Origin: Bdellovibrionales bacterium
GTDB lineage: Bacteria; Bdellovibrionota; Bdellovibrionia; Bdellovibrionales; UBA1609
Reading direction: 5' to 3'
DNA: 64,000 bases
NCBI GenBank assembly: GCA_965199825.1
Contig: OZ241329.1
Coordinates: 1,024,001-1,088,000, forward strand
Part shown: positions 48,901 to 56,730 of the stretch, piece by piece
How positions within the stretch are numbered: the stretch's first letter is position 1
How the letters are laid out: each line of letters starts with the position of its first letter
The notes under the pieces: generated by a model
Databases searched by the model: none
What the model was told of the DNA's origin: nothing
Seen by the model: the letters and a program-made list of their open reading frames with translations, nothing else
Made by a program: the position numbers and the translations under genes

Positions 48901-49146
48901 GGTGGATCTTTCGATGTGGTCTTGATGGATATCCAGATGCCGATTCTTGATGGCAACGCCGCAATGCGAGAGCTCAAATCAAGTGGGTACAAAAAACCTG
49001 TGGTCGCACTCACCGCACATGCAATGTCAGAAGAAAAAGATCATTCTCTTTCATTGGGTTTTAGTGACTATGTGACCAAACCCATTCAGCGAGATGTTTT
49101 GGTACGAACCATTCGTGAGCTGATAAAAAAAATGAATTCTCATTAA
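45937..49146 (+). CDS. bphP: Bacteriophytochrome hybrid histidine kinase (PAS-GAF-PHY-PAS-HisKA-HATPase-REC)
   Basis: Biliverdin-binding Cys in ACEKEPIHIPGSVQPHG; DIP motif (FPSTDIPKQAR); LRSVSPVHVEY; LWGLISCHH; PHY tongue WSGNP...PRKSF; H-box and receiver DIQMP; GGGAG SD before ATG 45937. Confidence 0.95.
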   Translation: MKHISSFQKFTAEACEKEPIHIPGSVQPHGILIALRSSDLTIQQISSNVFDHLGIHPDELLHQPLSQLMDLHPVEQATLKLGERMPRLLNPIPIIIEAHGRRRSYDGILHRSGRTIILELENHIPRNEGYGGFGGFYEAIREVATQLMSAHSLDEILTNGCVELRKLTSFSRVLAYKFDDDWNGAVVAESREPHMPSLLHHRFPSTDIPKQARDLYTTNWLRLIPDVDYVPSPIVPSLNPLTDKPLDLSNSVLRSVSPVHVEYMRNMGQAASMSISLLKDKKLWGLISCHHEKSNYLKFDTRVAAEFIGQMVSAQITAREDASEEDNPSHLRILLSAALSSRTGLSGAFDILKKYGNHLMGVADSRGVAVCSKTQCHTFGVVPQASDIKVLRNLLAKRNDRFFYTNEIRKFQEFSKEFISKAAGVMAILLPNGAQIIWFRPEVIEQIPWSGNPNLSKEKDPDGQLRPRKSFETWLENVEGKSLSWKEADISAVKLLNEALSGMPDEIVDSEKENSGAFRSALARSIENTHSTKESREPTVTEHPSNLQEASVNSRALLDGFAEFSVLFLSPVGEIQTWTLGATRLLGYTTTQAVGKRMDLFLSDDEIAKDKHSRILEYVAGHNRCEEEIWLYRADRSSFWGKIMVAAVRDEKESLIGYSVVIQDVTKEKAAEEELRATKVAAEAANRAKTAFLANISHEIRTPLGAVLGFAELLGATTISDEDRANLSDRIHRNGEQLTSLINDLLDLTKVEANKLDVELLEFDLSALLLDTSETLSIKASEKSIQLVFKVNGLVPRFIVSDPTRLRQILVNIISNAIKFTPEGGKVSVSVSQQNVDQQNKIHIHVSDTGRGMSEDQTKNLFKPFVQADVSTTRKFGGTGLGLFVSRRLARLLNGDVSIEESEIGKGSVFLISVDAGQPQSEKVFTALEPSTKTAPLNLLDNEELKNTKILVVDDSPDNRQLIQFYLMRAGAHVEVAENGREGIEKAFGGSFDVVLMDIQMPILDGNAAMRELKSSGYKKPVVALTAHAMSEEKDHSLSLGFSDYVTKPIQRDVLVRTIRELIKKMNSH

Positions 49147-49157
49147 GGATCGTTAAA

Positions 49158-49829
49158 ATGAAAAAAGTGAATGTGCTCTCGTTAAAGCCCACACAGTTTG
49201 CGGTGGGTATGCTCGAGGTCGACGAAAAAATTGCGATTGCCAAAGCGTTTTCAAAAAAAGAACGCAAAAAATATGTGGATGAAAATCCTGTTCCGGTGGT
49301 GGTCGGTCCTGATGGGGATTACTACATTGTGGATCACCATCATTTTTTATGTGTTTGCTACCATACCGATATCAAAAAAGTTCGAGTCAAAATTGTTGAG
49401 GATAAAACGAAATCAAAACTCGATTACGAAAACTTTTGGCAGTGGATGTTTAAGAGTCGTAACGCTTATCCATTTTGCCAATTTGGCGAGGGCCCACGAA
49501 AAGCACTTTATCTCCCTCGCGATATTCGTGGACTTGCCGATGATCCTTACCGCAGCCTTGCATGGTTTGTTCGTAAGGCAGGAGCATTCGAAAACAGCGA
49601 TCGCAATTTTGCAGAATTTCAGTGGGCCAATTTTTTTCGAAAGCATGAACTCCTCGATCATAAGGGATTGATTGCCATGCCTGAGGCATTGATCCAAGCG
49701 GTCAAATTGGCCCAAAGTAAGGCTGCTAAAAAATTACCGGGCTATGGAAAACTAAATATTGGTTCTAAAATTGATGTTTTAAAAAAGGCAAAACGAAAAG
49801 GAAAACAGGTGATTCAAGAAATCACTTAA
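49158..49829 (+). CDS. ParB/Sulfiredoxin-fold protein (ParBc_2, putative nuclease family)
   Basis: LKPTQFAVG, VPVVVGP, YIVDHHH, LADDPYRSLAW and FAEFQWANFFR signature motifs. Confidence 0.85.
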   Translation: MKKVNVLSLKPTQFAVGMLEVDEKIAIAKAFSKKERKKYVDENPVPVVVGPDGDYYIVDHHHFLCVCYHTDIKKVRVKIVEDKTKSKLDYENFWQWMFKSRNAYPFCQFGEGPRKALYLPRDIRGLADDPYRSLAWFVRKAGAFENSDRNFAEFQWANFFRKHELLDHKGLIAMPEALIQAVKLAQSKAAKKLPGYGKLNIGSKIDVLKKAKRKGKQVIQEIT

Positions 49830-51561
49830 ACACATGTTGAGTTTGCCGCTTTGATTTTTTTGGCGGCATTAAAATCGAAACCGTTTTTAAAAGTAGCTCT
49901 CGATCAATTGGTTTAACCAAGTGATTGTCAAATCCGGCGCTCAAGCAGCGTTCGCGGTCGCCCTTCATCGCATAGGCCGTCAACGCAATGATCGGCTTTC
50001 GAAATCCTTGTGATCTCAATTCGCGAACCGCTTCGAAACCATCCATCAACGGCATTTGGATATCCATTAGAACAAGATTAAAATTTGATTTTAATGCTTT
50101 TTCTATTCCTTCAATTCCATTTTCGGCGGTGTCGACAGAAGCTCCAGCAATTGTCAAAATTCGACTGACCAGGGTGCGATTGTCAGCAGCATCATCAACC
50201 AGCAAAATCTTTAAGCCCTTGAGATCATATGCCACTGGCCCATCGTTCGAAATAACGGGTGCAGAATCCACTTCGGTCTCCATTGATTGCACAAGAGGAA
50301 TTGAAATCTTAAAAATACTTCCCACGCCCAATTCACTTTTATGAATTGTCAAATCGCCACCAAGAGCTTGGCAAAGTTTGCGAGATAAAGCCAAACCTAA
50401 ACCTGATCCACCAAATTTTCGTGTGGTGCTCGGATCGGCTTGGGTAAATGGAGTAAACAACTTTTTTTGCTGGGTATCAGAAAGTCCAATGCCTGTATCC
50501 TTAACCAATATCTGTAACACTCCCGCAGTTCTAGATTTTTGGATAAACTGAACATAGATTTTGACGCTGCCCTTTTCGGTAAATTTAATCGCGTTACCCA
50601 CCACATTGATTAAAATTTGGCGCAATCGCATTGAGTCGGTGGTCACATCGCGTGGGACGCGATCGGCAATGGTCGCCGAAAGGGTTAAGCCTTTAAATTG
50701 GGCCTGCACTGACAAAAGTGAAGTCACATCCGAGATCAGACTGCCTAAACCAAAACTGTTTTTCTCAATATCCATTTTGTCGGATTCGACTTTTGACAAA
50801 TCTAGAATTTCATTGATCACTTGCGAGAGTTGATTGCCATTACGAATAATGGTTTCCACGCACTGCTTGCGGTCCTCAACGGATTGATTCTCGTCTGTCA
50901 TCAGTTCGGCAAAACCAATTATCGCCCCAAGGGGCGTACGAATCTCATGAGACATATTAGCAAGAAAATTACTTTTTGAAACGTTCGCGGCTTCGGCCTG
51001 ATTACGATCTTTTTCACTTTGCTTGAGCAGCCGAGTTCTTTTGACCGCGGTGCGCGCCAAAGCTTCGGCCTTTTTTTGTTCACTGAGATCGGTCAGCACC
51101 ACACACAGTGCAGGCGTACCTTGTTGGTGAATGAGGCTTGCCGAGAGATAAGTGTAAAGTGCACCAGCGCTCAATAGGATTTCGCCGCGACAGGACCCAC
51201 TTCGCCAAGCGCTATCTAAAAGCAATTCGGTAGCAGTGCGTGAAGATGGGTGGACATAGTCTAAAAAGCAAGAGCCCATCACATTCTCAAGCGGACTCTT
51301 CAGCATTTGTGAAAATCGACTGTTTGAGTAATTAATAAAATTACCCTTTAAAAAGGTAGAAGCTCCTTCGCTCATCTCTTCAACCAAAACGCGATAGGGA
51401 TGTTCGAGTGGATTCAAAGTATAATGATGATCGCCACTTTCATCGTTCACAATCAGTCCATCGATTTGACCGTTGCGAATAGCCGACAAGGCCTCTTCTG
51501 CTTCGAGCAGCCTCAGCTTTAAGGTCTCCAGTTGTGACTTCAATCGATCCTTAGATGTCAT
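49822..51561 (-). CDS. Kai-operon PAS hybrid histidine kinase (coiled coil-PAS-HisKA-HATPase-REC)
   Basis: N-terminal LRLLEAEEALSAIRNGQIDGLIV...[34 protein letters not shown]; 4-nt overlap with kaiB. Confidence 0.92.
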   Translation of the reverse strand: MTSKDRLKSQLETLKLRLLEAEEALSAIRNGQIDGLIVNDESGDHHYTLNPLEHPYRVLVEEMSEGASTFLKGNFINYSNSRFSQMLKSPLENVMGSCFLDYVHPSSRTATELLLDSAWRSGSCRGEILLSAGALYTYLSASLIHQQGTPALCVVLTDLSEQKKAEALARTAVKRTRLLKQSEKDRNQAEAANVSKSNFLANMSHEIRTPLGAIIGFAELMTDENQSVEDRKQCVETIIRNGNQLSQVINEILDLSKVESDKMDIEKNSFGLGSLISDVTSLLSVQAQFKGLTLSATIADRVPRDVTTDSMRLRQILINVVGNAIKFTEKGSVKIYVQFIQKSRTAGVLQILVKDTGIGLSDTQQKKLFTPFTQADPSTTRKFGGSGLGLALSRKLCQALGGDLTIHKSELGVGSIFKISIPLVQSMETEVDSAPVISNDGPVAYDLKGLKILLVDDAADNRTLVSRILTIAGASVDTAENGIEGIEKALKSNFNLVLMDIQMPLMDGFEAVRELRSQGFRKPIIALTAYAMKGDRERCLSAGFDNHLVKPIDRELLLKTVSILMPPKKSKRQTQHVFK

Positions 51562-51920
51562 GGCACTTCATAAACCTTTTTTGTTATATTAAGAGCGGCT
51601 AAAACACGAGCTTTATTTGAGAGGTCTCCGATCATACGTCTTAGTGGTTCGGGCAGTAGGCGCACCAATGTAGGAGCTGCAATCACATCATGGAGTTTAG
51701 CCATTTCAGGCCTTTGCAATACGTCCACAACTTCAAGTTCATAACGGCCCTCTAAATATTCTTCACAGATATCTTTGATATTAGCAAAAGCTTTGGTGGA
51801 TTGAGGGCTAGGGCCAGTGACATACAAACAGAGTTTAAATTTTTGTTGCGCAGATTTTTCAATCAGCTGCTCAAATGCTTTTTGACTCTTTTTGCTGTTT
51901 TTAGATTTTGTGATTCTCAT
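51558..51920 (-). CDS. kaiB: KaiB-family protein
   Basis: LCLYVTGPSPQS..A..NI..ICE, YELEVVDV, AAPTLVRLLPEPLRRMIGDLS; 4-nt overlap with kaiC. Confidence 0.95.
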   Translation of the reverse strand: MRITKSKNSKKSQKAFEQLIEKSAQQKFKLCLYVTGPSPQSTKAFANIKDICEEYLEGRYELEVVDVLQRPEMAKLHDVIAAPTLVRLLPEPLRRMIGDLSNKARVLAALNITKKVYEVP

Positions 51921-53359
51921 AATTCTCTTTCTTCATGGCCCGTTCCAAAATCCAAAAACTGAATTCCATTTTTGGTCATAACAAATTCGCGAACTTGTTT
52001 GGAGTGAGGCATCCCGCGCGATTTAATAATATATAATCCGCGTTTGCGTTCATAGCGGGTTTCTATTTCTCTCAAGACGATCCAGGTATCAATTAACGAT
52101 GACACATTGATGTCGCTGGAAGGATGTTCAGTGCCCGCAATGAGAGAGGTGAATATACTTGTGATGTTATAAGATTTTAATACATCAAGCATACGAGTCA
52201 AAATCGAAATCACCTCGAGACTTGTGCCTTGAGGGATTAAGCTTGTTAACGGATCAACAACGACAACCGTAGGTTTAAATTTTCGAATAATTTTTTGAAT
52301 TTGAACAAGGTGCATCTCAAGCCCATAAAAGGCGGGCCGAGTGGCCATAAATACAAGGCTACCATCGTCCACATATTTTTTGAGTTTGATATTGGGGGAG
52401 GACATGTTGCGCATCATGTAGCTTGGCGACTCTTCAAAAGAAATATAGATGCATCGTTCACCATGCTCGCAGGCCTTGCTCACAAAGCTTGTGGCAAAGC
52501 TCGTTTTTCCGGTACCTGCGGTCCCCGAGAACAAAACACTACTGCTTTTAAAAAAGCCTTTGCCATCAAGTAATTCATCGAGCTTTTCTACGCCTGAGGA
52601 AATGCGCTTGTTCGAAGCGGTATGGTTAAGTCCAAGTGATGTCAGCGGTAAAACAGAAATCCCATCTTCATCAATCAAAAATGGATATTCGTTTGTGCCA
52701 TGGACTGAGCCCCGGTATTTCACAATTCTCAGCCGTCGTGTTGACAACTGCTCAGTCACACGGTGATCAAGAAGGATCACGCAGTCAGAAACATACTCTT
52801 CTAAACCATTTCGAGTGAGCGTGCCGCTGCCACGTTCACCGGTGATGATTGCGGTAACCCCTTTTTGTTTAAGCCATTTAAAGAGGCGCCGAATTTCTGA
52901 GCGCAAAATCGCATGATTTTGGATTCCGTCAAATAAAACTTCAATCGTATCAATCACAACTCGCTTAGCACCGATGGAATCGATAGCGTGGTTCAAACGA
53001 ATAAATAATCCCTCAAGTTCAAACTCACCCGCTTCAACAATTTCACTTCGATCAAGAAAGATATGTTCGATCAGTATCTTTTTTTGCTTCTGAAGCTTTT
53101 TTAAATCAAAGTTGAGCGAGGTGACATTTTGATTGAGATCATCTTCGGACTCTTCAAACGACATAAACACACCGGGCTCATCGTATTTAGCCGCACCGGC
53201 CACCAAAAATTCCATCGCAAATAGGGTCTTGCCGCAGCCAGCGCTTCCACAAATTAAAGTTGGGCGGCCGGTCGGAAGCCCTCCGCCGGTAACTTCATCA
53301 AGACCTGTGATTCCGGTAGGAGTCTTCGGTAAGCTCGACAAAGAATTGGTTTTAGGCAT
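51917..53359 (-). CDS. kaiC: KaiC-family double-domain ATPase/autokinase
   Basis: Two RecA-like domains: Walker A GSAGCGKT and GTAGTGKT, SFEES in each, KYRGSVH / KSRGMPHS; phospho-site segment VSSLIDTW. Confidence 0.96.
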   Translation of the reverse strand: MPKTNSLSSLPKTPTGITGLDEVTGGGLPTGRPTLICGSAGCGKTLFAMEFLVAGAAKYDEPGVFMSFEESEDDLNQNVTSLNFDLKKLQKQKKILIEHIFLDRSEIVEAGEFELEGLFIRLNHAIDSIGAKRVVIDTIEVLFDGIQNHAILRSEIRRLFKWLKQKGVTAIITGERGSGTLTRNGLEEYVSDCVILLDHRVTEQLSTRRLRIVKYRGSVHGTNEYPFLIDEDGISVLPLTSLGLNHTASNKRISSGVEKLDELLDGKGFFKSSSVLFSGTAGTGKTSFATSFVSKACEHGERCIYISFEESPSYMMRNMSSPNIKLKKYVDDGSLVFMATRPAFYGLEMHLVQIQKIIRKFKPTVVVVDPLTSLIPQGTSLEVISILTRMLDVLKSYNITSIFTSLIAGTEHPSSDINVSSLIDTWIVLREIETRYERKRGLYIIKSRGMPHSKQVREFVMTKNGIQFLDFGTGHEEREL

Positions 53360-53476
53360 CCATCCTCATTTCAATTTGTAAATCATCTATGTCCTCGTAA
53401 ATTACGCGTGGCCCATACGCAATGCACGACATTTCGCCGCTTGTGACCTGCTGGATCTCAAGCTACATTGCTTCCT

Positions 53477-54178
53477 ATGGTACAAATTTTAAAGAGCGAT
53501 CAAAGAGGCGTTTCTAATTTGGGTTGGTTGAACTCACGCCATTCCTTTTCATTTGGGGGTTACTATGACCCTCGCCACGTCGGTTGTAGCGTGCTCAGAG
53601 TGATCAACGAGGATATTATAGATGGCGGTAAGGGCTTTGGAACCCATCCTCACAGGGATATGGAGATCTTGTCGTTTGTGATCGACGGCGCCTTAGAGCA
53701 TCGTGATTCTGAGGGCAACCGCACCGTTATTAGACCTGGCGAAATTCAGAGGATGAGTGCAGGTACAGGCATTGAGCATTCAGAAATCAATGCGTTCAAA
53801 GATCAAAAAACCCATTTTTTACAGATCTGGGTCCTGCCCGATGGTGACGACTATAAGCCGTCTTATGCCCAAATGAATTTTACGGCACAATTTGAAAACA
53901 GTAATTTTGTTTTGCTCGCTTCTAAAGAAGGTCGAGAAAAATCTATCACCATTAATCAAAATATCGACATCTTTTTGGGCCGCTCCGAGGAGCCTACAAA
54001 AGTTAGACACATCATTCGCTCGGGCCGTAGCGTTTGGATTCAAATTGTAAAAGGTGAAGTCACCACGCTGGATCAATCACTTAGCGTAGGTGACGGCGTC
54101 GCGATTGCCCATCATGATGAAATTCATCTTGATGTTGCTAAACACTCCGAGTTTATTTTGTTCGATATGCCGATCTAA
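53477..54178 (+). CDS. Pirin-family (YhhW-like) bicupin
   Basis: WLNSRHSFSF, LRVINED, GFGTHPHRDMEI, MSAGTGIEHSE and FLQIW motifs. Confidence 0.93.
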   Translation: MVQILKSDQRGVSNLGWLNSRHSFSFGGYYDPRHVGCSVLRVINEDIIDGGKGFGTHPHRDMEILSFVIDGALEHRDSEGNRTVIRPGEIQRMSAGTGIEHSEINAFKDQKTHFLQIWVLPDGDDYKPSYAQMNFTAQFENSNFVLLASKEGREKSITINQNIDIFLGRSEEPTKVRHIIRSGRSVWIQIVKGEVTTLDQSLSVGDGVAIAHHDEIHLDVAKHSEFILFDMPI

Positions 54179-54184
54179 AAAAGT

Positions 54185-54200
54185 TGGCACAGCCCCTGCA
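54185..54200 (+). promoter_or_regulatory. Sigma54-type promoter candidate
   Basis: TGGCAC-N5-CTGCA, near-consensus, 40 nt upstream of GTG 54241. Confidence 0.6.
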
Positions 54201-54240
54201 AATTCTTTTCGGTGTCCATTCGTAATCATTGGAGGATTTC

Positions 54241-55413
54241 GTGAAGAACGCGCTATTTGTATTGAGTCTCTCAGGTCTAATAATCTCTTGTAGCAAAGGC
54301 GGAAGTACTTTTTCTTCGCCGGTACATTCCAAAAATATTGAGTCCGAATCGGTATCAGTCCCGGTAACAGAGCCCAAAAATCAAACAGCCGAGGCAATCC
54401 GCCAATGGCAAAAAGGAATCTGCGACGGCAAAGCAGTTTTTAATTTTTTTGATGCTCTTAAACTTGGTGTGTTTTCGGATTTAGAAGTTGAAGCCATTAA
54501 AGATTGCAATCCACCCTTTTTAACTCAGCCTCCTTCAGAACTGACTCGCGTTCAAAATTTTGCGCGTCGATTGGCTCGCCGCGAAGAATACACCGTAGCC
54601 ACAATCGAGACTATTACCCCAGGTCAAATGCGTTTGGCCCAAGGGATTCTTGCCGACAAAGATTTCTTAAACATCGTCGATGAAACCGGAGCAACTCCCT
54701 TGATAGCTTTAGTTAAAGCTAATGAGGTCGATTTGATTCAATTCGTTTTAGAAACTAAACTGTTAGTTTCACAACTCGTAATTCCCGATAGCTTTGGACG
54801 TATTCCATTTCATTACGCGCAATCAAAAAATGCGGCTATGATTTTTTGGAATGTCTCTTCATCACTTAAATGGTTTCAAACCAAAGATGATCAAGGCCAA
54901 AATGCGTTTTTGTTTATGGCCCAAAATGTAAATGCGATTGAAGCATTCAGATATTTGACAAAACAGGTTTGTGATGGACGATTCAAAAGAATCAAAAATC
55001 AGTTGATGGGATACTCTAATTTTAGAAATGCTTTAGATAATAAAAACCAATCCGCCTTACACAAAGCGGTCCTTTCTGGAAATACTCAAGCCCTCCAACT
55101 TCTGACCTCGTGTAAGGGAGTTGACTATGATCAACAAGATATTCATGGTCGAACCGCTCTTCACTATGCAGCAGCAATAGTAGACCCCAAGTCAACAGCC
55201 GCCGTTTTGTTACTCAACCACCCCTTTGAAATCGATATGTCCTTGGTTGATGAGAGTGGATTTACAAGCCTGCATTATGCAACAGTTTGTCATAATCCAG
55301 TTGCGGCGAAATCATTATTTCAGGCCGGGGCAAAGCCTGCCGTCTCATTTAATCATCCTGTAGATCGAAGTAAACGTTCAGTGGATTGCCCTAATTTTCA
55401 AGACGCTCAGTGA
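54241..55413 (+). CDS. Ankyrin-repeat lipoprotein
   Basis: GGAGG SD + GTG; lipobox IISC; repeats GATPLIAL, GRIPFHYA, NQSALHKA, GRTALHYA, GFTSLHYA. Confidence 0.88.
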   Translation: MKNALFVLSLSGLIISCSKGGSTFSSPVHSKNIESESVSVPVTEPKNQTAEAIRQWQKGICDGKAVFNFFDALKLGVFSDLEVEAIKDCNPPFLTQPPSELTRVQNFARRLARREEYTVATIETITPGQMRLAQGILADKDFLNIVDETGATPLIALVKANEVDLIQFVLETKLLVSQLVIPDSFGRIPFHYAQSKNAAMIFWNVSSSLKWFQTKDDQGQNAFLFMAQNVNAIEAFRYLTKQVCDGRFKRIKNQLMGYSNFRNALDNKNQSALHKAVLSGNTQALQLLTSCKGVDYDQQDIHGRTALHYAAAIVDPKSTAAVLLLNHPFEIDMSLVDESGFTSLHYATVCHNPVAAKSLFQAGAKPAVSFNHPVDRSKRSVDCPNFQDAQ

Positions 55414-56657
55414 GACACCGAAGCGCGCAGCTCGCTGTAGCGCTGATGAATGTTGATGTAAAAAGATTGATTTTGGGATGCGAGTAAGCCAACGATATTG
55501 TAGATCACAAAGTAGACCGAAAGCGCGCACACCACTTTGAGCGCTTTTGGTTTAGTAAAAATAAATTTTGTTAAATTCATATAAGTCATCGGCATGATCA
55601 ACATCAGATGCCAATTGGAAAAAACAATTGGAGTAATCGCCGACGCTAGAAACGCCGAAATCAACGAGGCAACCAAAAAATTATCCAAAAATGTGGGCAT
55701 CAAATATCGAGGTGATTTTTTAAGCTGAAGAGCCCACCATACAAATGCGGCGACACTTAAGATCAGAGTGAGCCCACCCACAACGTAGCGTACGATTAAA
55801 AATAAGTATGTCGATATGAATCGCAGCGTAGGGTTTTGAACCCAGTCAAAATCAACCGCATTAAAAATATAACTCGGAAACAGTGCTGAAGAAAATCGAA
55901 ACCAATAAATCAGACCTTTAAGTAAAGGGTAGACTTCAACTAAGCCGCGAAAATAAAAAAATTGTTTATCTGCGCCGTCCAATACGGGTGCAAGATTTTG
56001 ATTTGACCTCAATGCCAAAAAATAAGGAATCATCGACAAGACACACAGGACACTCGATGTTACCACAGCAAACCAGTTGAGTTTAATTTGTTTGCGCAAG
56101 AAGAGATAGCCGCTAGTAAAAATCAAAACTATAAAGGATTGATGAATCTGCAGCGCAATCCCAATCGAGAGCATATGCCAAAACGTCATCCAAAAAGATT
56201 TTCGCTCATTCATCTCAACCGCCGTATAAAAATGCAGAGCCGAGATAAAAAATAAATAACTGGGATTCCATAAAAAAGTATTCGACGCTCGCCACGGTGT
56301 GAGCCAAACCAAACAAACAAATCCAAAACGCTCAAGCTCGCTCATTTGGTCTTTTAAGGCTTTATAAAATAAAAATAACCCGGCGAGGTGAAGTCCCGAC
56401 AAAACAAGTTCGTATGACCACGGCGACTCCCACACCATCAAAGGAAGTCCGACTAGCGCTGTGGTTAAGCTGCCAGGATTCGAGCCGCCTCCGGTGACCA
56501 AGTTTCCGAAGTGTGTCCATTTTCCGTAGAGCGCCAACCGGATCCCTTTTTCGAGCAGCTGCATTTGATCTGGAAGTGCGATGTGAGTTGCAGCCCAAAG
56601 CAAGCCTTGTAAAAAACCAACGATGATCACGATCCAAAAAATTGATTTTTTTTGCAT
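55407..56657 (-). CDS. Polytopic membrane protein, probable GT-C-type glycosyltransferase
   Basis: About 11 hydrophobic helices; DQMQLL after TM1, PGSLT, LWNPSY and QIHQS motifs reminiscent of ArnT/PMT-like enzymes. Confidence 0.55.
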   Translation of the reverse strand: MQKKSIFWIVIIVGFLQGLLWAATHIALPDQMQLLEKGIRLALYGKWTHFGNLVTGGGSNPGSLTTALVGLPLMVWESPWSYELVLSGLHLAGLFLFYKALKDQMSELERFGFVCLVWLTPWRASNTFLWNPSYLFFISALHFYTAVEMNERKSFWMTFWHMLSIGIALQIHQSFIVLIFTSGYLFLRKQIKLNWFAVVTSSVLCVLSMIPYFLALRSNQNLAPVLDGADKQFFYFRGLVEVYPLLKGLIYWFRFSSALFPSYIFNAVDFDWVQNPTLRFISTYLFLIVRYVVGGLTLILSVAAFVWWALQLKKSPRYLMPTFLDNFLVASLISAFLASAITPIVFSNWHLMLIMPMTYMNLTKFIFTKPKALKVVCALSVYFVIYNIVGLLASQNQSFYINIHQRYSELRASVSH

Positions 56658-56730
56658 CAGCCATCCTGGTCAAAAAATCCAAACCTGTCAATTCGTTGAC
56701 TTTTATGTTTGAAAGGAAAATGGTTTAGCA

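Noticed and set aside
49158..49829. Chromosome or plasmid partition system
   Set aside because: No parA, no HTH or dimerisation region and no parS-like palindrome seen; it belongs to the ParBc_2 family instead
51558..53359. A true self-sustained circadian clock
   Set aside because: No kaiA and no KaiA-binding tail; sequence alone cannot show oscillation
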